A DNA stretch of 64,000 nucleotides. It comes from Microthyrium microscopicum (lineage: Eukaryota). Below are positions 1-11,686 of this stretch, piece after piece. The stretch lies in NCBI GenBank assembly GCA_010405405.1, contig MU004238.1:755530-819529 (forward strand), read 5' to 3'. Under the pieces are notes generated by a model. The model did no database searches and had not been told where the DNA came from. It saw only the letters and a program-made list of their open reading frames with translations. The translations under genes and the position numbers were made by a program. Numbering within the stretch: the stretch's first letter is position 1; every line of letters starts with the position of its first letter.

Positions 1-3000
1 CCATACGATTCAAGAAGTACTGGGCAGTGTCGTCGTGCTTGATAGTGATAATTGGCCAGTTGGTCAAACGTGTTACTTCCTGAAGAACAGTCTCTACCCA
101 AATCTGCATGATAGAGTTGACTGATTGCGTTCCAACGGTGTAGGCGGGCTGACCGGCATTCTGGAGGTTGGCTTGATGGAACATCATGGGGTCTTGATGC
201 AATTGGAAAACGTGGCGAGTATGCTCGTTCTTTGCGTCAACCAAAAGGGCAGCAAAGTTGCCGCTTCCTCCAGACGTGGCAATCCACTCGGATGTTGTAC
301 ATGCTTGTGTGTTGCAATCGTAGAAAATGGTTGTGGACCAACGTGGCATGATAACTAGGCCGGCATATCCGTTAGCAGCGACGGTTGAGATAAGTGGCCA
401 GTAGTCGTTCGTTGGGTTTTGGAGTAGAGGGCGTGTGTTATCTCCAACGACGAAGCGGATGCCGTTGTCCATGAGAGCCTTGATAGAATCGCCGTTATGG
501 AGACCAGTGATAGCAGGTGGAACTAAACCGTTGGCTGAGAAATGCTGAGCCTGAGCAATACCGATTTGGTTAAGCCATGCGATGTTGAAAGTAATCTCCT
601 TGTTGACGTCGGAATAGGTAGCATTATTCAAGTTCTCGTGTGTAAATGTGTGCGACAGATGCATGAACTGGTCACGATTGGTTGGGTTGTTGAACCAGTT
701 GGCAACAGGATCAGCCAAGAGACATGCCAGACTCCAGCCGAAAGTAGCTGGTGTTGATGGCCTGGAAGAGATTAGTATGGTCATAGACAAATAAAGAATG
801 TTCAACAAACCAATAGCTCTTTCCAGTGCCTAAAGGCTTCTGGAACTCGATTGGAGCAACAGCAAAATCGTCATAGTAAATAGCAGTGTTTGGACTACAC
901 TGGCCATTTGGATATTTGATTGTAGCCGCGTCAATGTCACCATTGCCGTTGTGAGCAATCTCTAACGTATAGTTGGATCCAGGAGAAAGTCGGCCTTGGA
1001 GGCCTTTCTGCCAAGTGACAATGGCGTTCAAATCGTCAGGCACAAGTCGAACAACCGTAGTTTTTTGATAGATTGTGGTGCTCAGGTGCATGTCGTCGAC
1101 TTGCGTATTGAAGAGCACACGACGAAATCCGACATACATTCCTCGTGTCATCCAGTGGATCCAAGCATGTTGCAGGTAGTTGGATGTTGCAGACCAATCA
1201 GAAGCCCATTCGATAAAGAATACCATCTGTTGACGATTGCCAAAGTTGTTAATAACACCAGCGACAGTAACACTAGTAAAACCAGTGGCTGTTGCGAATG
1301 AAGCAATCGCAGTTGCGAGAGTAGCATTGGTGATAGTAGCCGGATAATGGTATAGACCCAACGTACTGGCTCCAGCAGTTGTGCCACTACAAAAGTTGGG
1401 TTAGCAATACGCGCGAGAGCCGGGAAAGAGTCCTCTTACATCTTGAGACCCGCAGTTGAGAAAGCGGCAGTATTGGTGAAATAGATCTGCTGTTCTGTAG
1501 TAGCTCCACAGCAGCCGGTTCCGCTTTTGGCATATGCGGTACCAAATTGTGTAGCCGGCTCCTCGTTGAGTCTTGTCATGCGAACTCCAAACTGAATTTG
1601 GTAGTTGTACAGAGTAGTCAACTGGGCTGCGGTGAGGGCAGGAACGTTGACAAGAACAATACCGGCATATTTTCCAGAGGTAGCTGTGGTGTTCAAAGCT
1701 GGAAGAGCAAATCCAGATCCAACGACGTATGTTTCATATGGAATGCCATAGCCCTTTAGACCTGAGTAGCCATGGAATGTGTTATCGGCTGTGTCCGCGA
1801 AAATGAGGATCGTCTGTCCAACTGTCTTCGCGCCTGCGGTTGCCGAAGCAGTAGCAGACGATGAAGAGGATGATGCTGATGAGCTCACTGAAGACGATTT
1901 GGATGATGTTGCCGACGAACTCGCGGAAGATGACTTGGAAGATGATGCCGACGAACTCAAGGAAGATGAAACAGAAGAAGACAAAGACGAGGTAGTTGAG
2001 GAAACTACAGATGAAGAGGAGTCAGTTGACGTCGCCGTGGATGAAGAAGTAGTTGACGCAACAGATAATGAATCAGACGATGAAGCAGTAACAGAAGAAG
2101 ATAGGGTAGATGAAGCAGGGACAGAAGATGACGAGTCTGTAGATGAAGCAACCACTGAAGACGACGAGTCTGTAAATGAAGCAGAAACCGAAGACGATGA
2201 ATCTGTTGATGAAATAACAACGGACGAAGACGAATCAGTAGATGAGGCTGCTACTGAAGACGACGAATCCGTAGATGAAGCAACAACTGAGGACGACGAG
2301 TCTGTAGATGAAGCTACCACGGAAGACGACAAGTCTGTAGATGAAGCTATCACGGAAGACGACGAATCTGTAGATGAAGCTACCACGGAAGACAACGAAT
2401 CTGTAGACGAAGCAATCACCGAAGACGACAAGTCGGTAGATGATACAACAGAAGACGACGAGTCGGTAGATGATACAATAGAAGATGATGAATCCGTAGA
2501 GGAAGCAATAACAGAGGATGACGAGGCTGCGGCAGAAGCAGACGACGACAACGAGGAAGACAGAGAAGCTGCGAATGACGATGACGACGAAACCGACTTG
2601 GTAGACGTACCCACGCTGCTGGAGCTTGCCTTGGCAGATGAAGTTGAAGAACTAGCCACAACACTGCTGCTTGATTTTACCGATGAGGTACTCAATGCTT
2701 TGACGGACGAAGAGGAACTCGACGGCTTGACGGACGAAGAGCTCGATACCTTGGCTGAAGATGACGAACTTGACGGCTTGACTGAAGATGAACTTGATGG
2801 CTTTATTGAAGAGCTCGACGGCTTTACTGAAGAGCTCGACGGCTTTACTGAAGAGCTCGATGGCTTCACTGAGGAGGAACTCGCCGGCTTGACTGAGGAG
2901 GAGCTCGCTGGCTTGACGGAAGAAGAGCTTTGAGCCTGAGCAGTGCAGAAACCTTGTGAGAATCCCGTTTGGCAACCAGTTCCGCAGTAGTCTGCTCCTG

Positions 3001-3467
3001 TACCGCAGTTTCCGAACGACGAGCAGCACATGGAGTACTATATATTAATTAGAGGCGCATTGTAAATGGGCGAATGCAAACGTACTGGGCAGACATAAGT
3101 AACGCCGCTAATGACACCGCATTTCTCGTTCTATCGACTCGTTAGAAAATGACAGTGCTGCGTCATATCTTCTTACTTACCGTAGAGACGGTGGTCCCTG
3201 ATGGGGCAGGATGAGGAGTTGGGTCGGTGCAAGTGCCGTACGCAACGACGCATCCAACACCACAGAAATCAGCAGTAGAACCGCACCATCCCCATTCGGA
3301 ACAGCACGGCGCAGTGGACTGTAACTTTGTCAGTGATGTAGTCGAGTCCCAGATACAACGTAACGTACTGGACATGTATACTTATTGGTACCACCACAAC
3401 TCATATCTGGAGAGACGACTGCGAGAGCCGCTCCTGCGAACAAGGCGGAAAGTTGAATGTATTTCAT
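1..3467 (-). CDS. agd3: Agd3-like secreted polysaccharide (galactosaminogalactan-type) deacetylase with two N-terminal hevein/CBM18 chitin-binding modules and a long Ser/Thr linker; 3' end runs off the window
   Basis: ATG at 3467 gives signal peptide MKYIQLSALFAGAALA. Spliced exons give two hevein motifs (CCSEWGWCGSTADFCGVGC; CCSSFGNCGTGADYCGTGC), then a Ser-rich tract, a CBM87-like region (GLKGYGIPYE...YQIQFGVRMTRL) and CE18-like motifs QVDDMHL, SHTFTHE, MPRW and MFHQAN (last three read manually from 1-760). About 5 short introns. Confidence 0.85.
2125..2930 (-). repeat. Coding tandem repeats in the Agd3-like linker: ~33-nt units (SSTDSSSSVVA) and 21-24-nt units (KPSSSSV / KPASSSSV)
   Basis: Near-identical + strand units gaagacgacga(a/g)tctgtagatgaagc at ~2125-2520 and actgaagagctcgacggcttt at ~2700-2930. 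Confidence 0.9.
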
Positions 3468-4998
3468 ATTTGCTGTGAATGAGCGACTAAGGGACGAGCC
3501 CAGGAACGAATGACTATAACGATTGAAAGAACAAACAATGAACGACTGAAGAACAGAGAGCGACTATGTGGTTAACATTCACAACACACCAGCAAGTAAT
3601 TCAAGGAAAGTCTCCGAAGAGAATGAGCAAACGCGACATTCTTAAAGCTCACACGACCCCAAGAAGCCTAGACCGATCCAAGATTCAAGATTGCAAGTGG
3701 CTTTACTCCAAGACTTAAGCGTTGTGTTCGCGATGAAAGCAGCGGCATCCTGACGGCCTGCTGAAGTTGTGCTCGGTTGCAGGGCGAAAAGCAGAATCTA
3801 GACTGACATGGGGATTGGATTCAAAGCAATGGGCTTTGCGGAGGCGTCACGCAGTGGCGTCAATTAGTGTACGATTCTTGAGGTGCCAAGATCTGGGCTT
3901 GCTTTTCGCCGTAAACGTCAACTTCCTACCTGAATTCTGACAGGCATCGGCGAGCTCTTCAGGGGGAAAACGTGAGAGGCTGTGGTGGGTTTCTTGGAGT
4001 CTTGGAGAGCGCAATACAAGTCTTTGGCGTCGCATTACTCTCAAAATCGTATGAGGAAGTACCCCGAACGCCGTCAAGTACGAGTATGAGCTGGTAACCT
4101 CTCGTGAGTCGTGCGTTAGACCGTCAGGCCTGGAGTTTTGAGATTTGGTGGTTCGGCGCGGTAGCAGGCCGGCGAGAAGGCGGCTCGCAGGGCGATTTAA
4201 CGTTTACTAGCATTCTAGCACAACGCCACTGGTAATTCCTTCTTACCCCTTGCCTTCTCAATCATATAATTTTGTCACAAGTATGATGTATGATGATCGA
4301 GTTGTAACAGTCCAACTCCCAAAACCTGCTCATTTGTTCCACGATCTTTCTCGATATCTGTATAAGCCCCTATAAGCAAGGTATCAGCCCAGCATTGCCA
4401 GCAGGTGGCGTTGGAATCTTGTAAACTCTTTCTTATCTATCTAGTACCTGTCAAATAGAGTTTGATTTGGGGATTTAGGCGCATGTCATTTACGGGTGCT
4501 CGCGTTGATATCGGGAGTAAAAATATTCGTACTACACTTTATTTTCTGACGCGGTAGCACATCTTGAACTCTGTACCCAGTATTTCTTTCTAGAACAACA
4601 ATTTGAAGAAACTCCTCAAAAAGATCCTCCTAAAAAAAATCAAGCCCACGCTCGAGACTCAAGGCGGGCGTTGTGAGCCCAGATGTGACGAAACTCTACT
4701 TAGAGTACGCCGAGCCAGAGGCGCGACAAAATCTTGACTCAAGGTAGACTGATCGGTTATCAAATCGAACGCGACTTGACTTCATACATTCTACTGGCGC
4801 CTTTCTGTGGTTGCACAAATCGGAGAAATAGATGGTTTTCTTCGATCTCTGTGTGAAGTCTTCCAAGATTGTCGTTTCCATAGTGAGCACGATCTCCCAT
4901 CTAGATCACCATCAACTCCTATTCCACTCGTTGGTGCAGGTTCGACATTTTTATGTCAGTTCAATGCTAAAAAAAATTGGCCCAATAATTGACGCTTC

Positions 4999-6072
4999 TT
5001 ACCCTTCATATTTCCCAATCTCACCAATCTTCCTCAGAACATCCTTCGTATGCTCCCAAACCTTCTCCCCCGACCCATCCTTCTTCAACCCCTCAAACAC
5101 CTTCCCCGAAGCCTTCTCCCCGTTTAAATTAATCAAACTCAACCCACTCGCAAACCGATCCACCGTGCCCGCCCAGACATGTCTCTCCCCACTCTCCTTC
5201 GGACTCACAATCATGCCCGTTGGCCTAAGCATGAAAATGCCCACCGACACGATCTTTGACACGACAGGACCGAATCCTCGCGTAAGATTTGTGTCGACGC
5301 CGCCAGGACTCGAATGTATGAAGCCAACGCCCTTGTTGGCTGGGTCAGATGCTAGATGGTCGAATGCTAGACTCGTCATGCTGGTTGCTGTGTCGGCGGC
5401 GGCGCGGGTAGAGTATGAGTTTGGATTGCGGAGAGAGAGATCGGATGTGTTGATGGCACCTTCGAAGCCGGCGCCTAGGACGGATATGACGCGAGCGAGG
5501 GGTGGTTGGGCGGTCGATGCGGTGCGGAGGAGGGGGAGGAGGTTTGTGGTGAAGCGTAGGCGGGAGTAGTAGTGGAGGGAGAGTTTCTTGTCTAGACCTT
5601 CGACTGTTTCTGTGAGATGTGTGTTAGCTTTGCCGACTGTATTGGAGGGCGCTTGGGATATGTACCGTCTCTGCCTTTCATGGTCATGATTCCGGCGCTG
5701 AGGACGAGCAGATTCACCTTCTCCTCTTTGGCACTGATCTCCTTGCAGACTCCATCGACGTTGCGTAGGATTGACACATCGCTCTGAATGAAGTGCGTTT
5801 GTGATTCCTTGTTCAGGGCTTTGAATTCGGTGATTAGACGATCTGCTTGCTCGCGGGAGCGGCCGACGAGGTACACGCGTGGTGAAGTCGCATGGCGGAC
5901 GAACTCGCGCGCTGTGGACTCGCCAATGCCTGAAGTGCCACCAACTAGGCCCCTGTTAGCTACGGTATCGGTTGAAGAATACTTCGAGCAACGTACCAAA
6001 GACTCCAACTAGGTTAGGACCAAGTTTGGATATGCCGGCGAGGTGAGCGCGGATTTCTGAGATGGATACCAT
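4999..6072 (-). CDS. Short-chain dehydrogenase/reductase (NAD(P)-binding Rossmann fold)
   Basis: ATG 6072 MVSISEIRAHL...VGVF|VGGTSGIG Rossmann motif, NLLVLSAG, C-terminal GFIHSSPGGVDT; two short introns. Confidence 0.85.
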
Positions 6073-7160
6073 GGCGGAGTAGTAGCTTCAGATGAAATAA
6101 GGAGTTGGAGAGCAATTGAGTGTCTGCTCCAATCGGAACTGGGTCAATGGCCTTTAAATATTGATCCCATGGTGTCACGGCACGCAGTCGATGCGAAGTT
6201 CAATTATTGTTGCCTGTTGATGGGCTGTTCATGCTGAGCTCATCGACGGCTTCGGAGTAACAACTTGACAAGGAGTCTGAAAACACTGCCAAGAACTCGA
6301 AAGCAGACTCGCTTACTGCGGAATTATGAAAATTTCCGATGTGCCGATTTAGTACATTTCATAACTCGAAAATTCAAGCAGAACCATTTTCATGAAGTTT
6401 GTGCAAGAGCGTTGCAGAGAAGTTGGTGATTCCAACTCTAGTACTCCTTGAGGGGCGCAAGATTCCAGTTCATGGAAGCACGAAAGTCAATCACTACTTG
6501 ACTTATGTAACGAAAGGTGCTTTATTTCCCATCGCATACGAAAAGTACCGAGCATCGAAGTGCATTTTACGGTATTGAAGCATTCATTAAGACATCTAGT
6601 GATTAGCGGATGAATAGTTGTCAACGGGAGTGCGCCAGGTACTTTATCCGTCCGGTGGTTGAGTATGTTCAGCTGCCAACTAGGTAGATAGAGTTTCATT
6701 GGGAATTACTAATTTGGGTGAACTGTTGGTCCCTTGTATGAGCAGAAATTAGTCCCTCCGTACTCATTATGAATTGTCATGCTTGATCTTCTGCTCGTTG
6801 CTCATAGTTACTTACATGCCAATAAAGTTTGACTTGGGTATGAATGAACAACGAGATGGATAAGAGCGTGGCGTATGTTTAAAGCAATGCCAACGGAGAG
6901 TACCAGATGTATGGAAGGTGCTTATAACAAATCATACACAAAGCATAAATCTACGGCTCTGCATAGTGTTCCAGCGGAACCTTATACCAATAGTCCAAAT
7001 TTCTAATCCAGGCAATCTGTCCTGCTCCATATATATACACTACGCTTTTGGATAGTTGTCCCTACGAGTTTAGACTCCTGTCCCTCGTATGCGGCATCAC
7101 ATCGCGGACCACGACCCTTCTAACAGACATATCTTACGACAAATAGCACATTCGATCGCC

Positions 7161-7665
7161 ATGAAAGCAGCGATACTCACCTTCGCGGCCTTGGCCCTCC
7201 ACCTCGCCACCGCAGCACCCGCCGGCAACATTGAGCGCCGAGATAAGCCATACAGAGCCGTGTCGAACTTGGAAGCCAAGGCGTGGCAACAGGTATTGGA
7301 GAATGTGAACTTAAAGGTGTCGGTGGAAGACCGGAACGATATCGAGTTCCCAACATTTGTGCGGTAAGTTATCGCAAGGCATCATCTAGATGCCAACACG
7401 TAAATATCGCGTGTCACTAATAGTCATCAGCTGGCTTGCGGATGGTAAATTCGCTCGTTATCATAGCTGGGAGCATGATCATGGGAAAGATGGTAAAGAT
7501 TCGACAGAAGCACAAGTGCCTTACAATTCGATCCGTCATCGAACGCGTGATGATGAAGGGAGGTTGAAGAAGGGTTCGGCTGATTATGGTGAGGTGGAAA
7601 AATTAGCAGTCAATCTTGGGGAAGAAATCTTTGGTCCTTTGGATGGAAGTGAAGGCAAGATGTGA
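7161..7665 (+). CDS. Small secreted hypothetical protein (~146 aa)
   Basis: Signal peptide MKAAILTFAALALHLATA and a Kex2-like ERR site; intron 7364-7430 (GTAAGT..CTAAT..CAG) joins the two ORFs in frame; TATATATA at ~7030. Confidence 0.75.
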
Positions 7666-7898
7666 ATTGGGAGAGAAGTGAGTGGCAGTTTTGTAGTAAA
7701 TGTAGAGAGTAAAGTCATCGGCTCCTTTTTCACGTTTCATCAGCTGCGACCTCCATCCACCCTTTCCCATCCAAAGACCTACATTTAATCACCTATCGGC
7801 CATCGAGTGATCTAAATCCATCAAAACGATGATAGTCGTTGCATTTAAGATGTGCCGAAATTCTTAGCAGAGGCGCACACTCCCCACTTCCATTTGCC

Positions 7899-8949
7899 AT
7901 GGCCATCAACAAAAGCTACTTGACCTCGTCGTCATGGTACAACCCTCTCCTTTTCAGGAGACCTCTACGTCTATTTGAAATTTGCGATTTAGAACTGTAA
8001 GTGCTCGCGACGATGACAAAACTCAGCACTGACGATTTCTAGATGTCCCAATATCATTCGCGCAATGTGCCAGTCCATCCTGACGGCCGAATGGACCGCT
8101 TGTCTTCCCATCATCCAGAAGACTTCTCCAGCAGAAATGGCTGCATCTATCATCCTGGAGGCCATCGGAAAGCTTGACACTAGAGATGCGCGAATATCAA
8201 TCGTCGACTTTTGCTCTGGAGCAGGAGGACCAGTCCCGACCATTGAACGCATCGTCAATCAAAAACGAATGGAAAGGGGTCAACAGCCGATAAACTTTAT
8301 GCTCACCGATATCAAACCACATATTGAAGCCTGGACCGATGCCGCCTCAAAGAGTGAGAACCTCACCTTTATCTCGCAGCCAGTCGATGCTACCAATCCT
8401 CCCCAGGTAGTAATATCTAACTCAGAGACTGGTGCATCTACGCCAACTCGCATCTTCCGATTGTACTGCTTAGCATTTCATCATTTCGATGACCGGCTGG
8501 CTCGCAAAGTGGTAGCGAGTACGTTAGCCACAGCAGACGGATTCGCAATCATCGAATTACAGGACCGCCGCTTGTCATCAATATTGCTGATGTTCTTACA
8601 CTTCTTTCTCGTGCTCGTGACTGGGGTTTTATGGTTCTGGAGAAGCCCTGTGCAGCTGTTGTTCACGTATGTCATACCCGTCATGCCATTCATCCTGGCA
8701 TTCGATGGGGCAGTGAGCAGCCTGCGCACTAGAGAGTTTGGCGAAGTACTTGGCCTACTTGATTCTTCATCGAGCGTCGAGATGCGAGCTGGTCAGAAAT
8801 TGGGACAGGCCAGTGCGGTAGTGGAATTGAAGGATGGAGCAGAATGGCGGTTTGAAGCAGACCGTAAACAGCACTCGTCACCCTTTGGATATGCCAGTTG
8901 GATCACTGGAATTAGAATGATAGTACCTCCTAGATCTACTGGTAATTAG
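7899..8949 (+). CDS. Class I SAM-dependent methyltransferase-like protein with a C-terminal hydrophobic segment
   Basis: Exon 1 MAINKSY...LRLFEICDL, intron ~7997-8042, then motif-I-like IVDFCSGAGGP, LTDI and AFHHFDD. Confidence 0.7.
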
Positions 8950-9384
8950 ATTTGCCTGACTTCAATGCCTCCGGTGGGTATGCCCGCTGAGATCGAGTTT
9001 TCACGATATATAGTCCTTTGGCGTCAAACGATAACAAAGGATCACTGAAGCTACTTCGTTTGTAGCGTGTGTTTGTAATTCTCACATGCTACCAGCAAGA
9101 TAAGCAAATCATCAACAGATTTACAGTATCAAAATGGAAGCCACACATGATTTCCTGAATGATGCAGCTGCGATTTCAGGGTCTTGAAACGGTCTGGGGA
9201 TGCCTGCCATTGGCCGTGATCCCACCATCTGGCATCGACGTCACTTCAGATCTTCACCAAATCTCCTCCCATCAACATCTTACCATTTTCTGTCTAGCTT
9301 CATCTTCCTCTCATTCCAAGATATCCACTTGCTTCATACTTCTTTACAACTCTCCCTCTGATTACAGCCTCACAGTACGCCAAT

Positions 9385-11599
9385 ATGGAAACTCCATACG
9401 GCGAGGCATCTGCCCCGCCATCCTACGAAGACACAATGAACAACCATCCATACGGCGCAGCAATGTCCTCTGCAGGCCACGATCCGCGCTCCTCTTCCAT
9501 GCAATCGCTAGTCCCCGAAGAAGACACAAACGAACGAAGACGCAAACTCCTACTGATCTACCTCCACGGCTTCATGGGCAACGAGACGAGTTTTCAAAGC
9601 TTCCCAGCTCACGTCCACAATCTAGTAACCATCCTCGTCGCCGAAAGCCATGTAGTCCACACCAAAATCTACCCCAGATATAAATCGCGACAAAATATAA
9701 CACAAGTCGCTGAGGACTTTAGTAAATGGTGACGCGTGTACCTGCGCTCACTTTGTAGCAGAACTAATGTGATGCTATAGGCTAGAACCACACGAGTCTC
9801 GCGACACCGATGTCATTCTCCTCGGCCACTCAATGGGCGGTCTTCTCTCCGGCGAAGTCATGCTACTTGCTCCTCCACCACCACCTTCCTCGCAAGCCTT
9901 CAGACATCGTATTCTCGGCACCATAAACTTTGACGTACCCTTCCTGGGCATACATCCTGGCGTCGTTAGCAGCGGTCTCGCCAGCATATTCAAGCCAGCA
10001 CCCGCTCCCGCTGAGTCCCCAACAGCCAGCCCGAATGCAACGACGTCCACTAGCTCCCTGACACCAACCAGCCCATCCTCTGTTGACAATCTCTTCGCTT
10101 CTCCAACCGATCCCAACTTCAATCCCAAGTTCGCCAACGACACCAATATAGCCGTCCGCAAAGGCTGGCAGTCTACTCTACACTTTCTCACGAAGCACTC
10201 TGACGGTCTGCGACAGGCGACGAAGCAATATGTCAAGTCCCATCTGGAATTTGGTGGCGCGATGGCGGATTACAAGAGTTTGCTTGCGCGATATGAGAAG
10301 ATGCGGGGACTGGAATATGAGGACGCTGGGACGAGACGGAAAGCAATAGGCAGGGATAGTAGCTTGACGGTGCCGAGGGTGCGATTCATCAATTATTATA
10401 CGGCTTGCTCGGGGAGGCCGAAGAAACTAAAAGAGGAAAAGGAGGAAGGGAGGGATGGTGGCCGTAGCTTGAGTCCGAGCGGAAGGAGTTCAGTCGATGG
10501 GGGACGAAGTCGAAGTCGAAGTCCACGGATTTCGATTGAGGAGTTCAGAGATGATGGGAGTGTGGTTTCGGTGCCGTGGGAGGAGGCTGATGAGCCGTTG
10601 GCTCAGGTGGCGCCGCAGGCGGTGTCGGATTATGAGAGTGAGGAGGACAAGGAGGAAGTTGGTGATGCGCATTCTGAGCATGATGCGGAGGAAGCTGACG
10701 ACGGGGAGTTGAAAGCGATGGAAAGTACTACGACGCTTGGGACGATGGATTCGGAGACGGTTGAAAAGACGTTGGCAGGACATCATGTACCGATGCCAAT
10801 GTGGCCGCCCATGCCCATGGAGCCATCGGAGCCAGGACCGTTGGAGTATGGAATATATTCCGACAAGCTGGTCCAGGAAGCGATGAAGAAGGATCACGAT
10901 AGGCGCGTAAAGGCGTATAAGCAGGCGATGAAAGATCGCGAAGCAATGATCGGCGATCGGAAGAGAGCCGAAGATAAGATCCGCAAAGCGGCAGCGAAAG
11001 AGATCATGAAGAAGCAAAAGGCCGAAGAAAAATCAGATACCCAGAAAGCAGAGGAGAAAGCTAAGAAGCAAAAGGCAGAGGAAGAAGCCAAAAAGAAGAA
11101 AGCTGAAGAGGAAGCTAAGAAGAAAGCTGCCGAAGAAGAAGCCAAGAAGAAAAAAGCCGAAGAAAAGGCAGCGAAGCAAGCCAAGAAGGCTGAAGAGAAG
11201 GCACAAAGGAAGGCCCAGAAAGCAAGGGCAGATGCTCGACAAGATGCAGATACGCATGCACTGTCTACTGTCCCGACGGCTTCCAGCGCAGCTAGTGGTT
11301 CACTTGCATTGAATACAACCCACCCGACTGCGTCAACATCATCTTTGCCAACATCACCGGCAGGAGAGAACAAGAAACCGGCTAAGGATCGGAAGTTCTG
11401 CATGTTACCATCCAAGGGCGAGGACGGTGAGCGCGATCCCACGTGGGTGCGTGTGTATATGGAGGGCGTTGACGAAGTGGGTGCCCATTGCGGCCTGTTT
11501 GCTGTCAGTCCTACGTATGAGCGGCTAGTAGGTGAAGTGGGAGCAAAGGTTGAAGAGTGGGTTGGTGATGGAAGATATCCCAGCGCCAGGAAGAATTAG
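9385..11599 (+). CDS. DUF676/PGAP1-like alpha/beta-hydrolase domain protein with a charged C-terminal coiled-coil region
   Basis: LLIYLHGFMG, nucleophile elbow GHSMGG, FDVPFLG; intron ~9730-9780. Confidence 0.75.
11017..11215 (+). repeat. Coding ~30-nt repeat (KAEEEAKKKK)n
   Basis: Translation QKAEEKAKKQKAEEEAKKKKAEEEAKKKAAEEEAKKKKAEEKAAKQAKKAEEKAQ. Confidence 0.85.
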
Positions 11600-11686
11600 G
11601 AAGCTGTGTTCTTTTTGAGTTTATCATCGTTTTGCACGATACCCACAAAATTTGTTGTTATTATATTGGATAGAGTCTAGTTTTCG

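Noticed and set aside
1779..2933. 384-aa acidic ORF on the + strand
   Set aside because: Antisense shadow of the Ser-rich repeat of the Agd3-like gene; it mirrors the repeat and has no independent features.
4832..5569. 245-aa + strand ORF
   Set aside because: Antisense to the SDR exon and has no recognisable domain.
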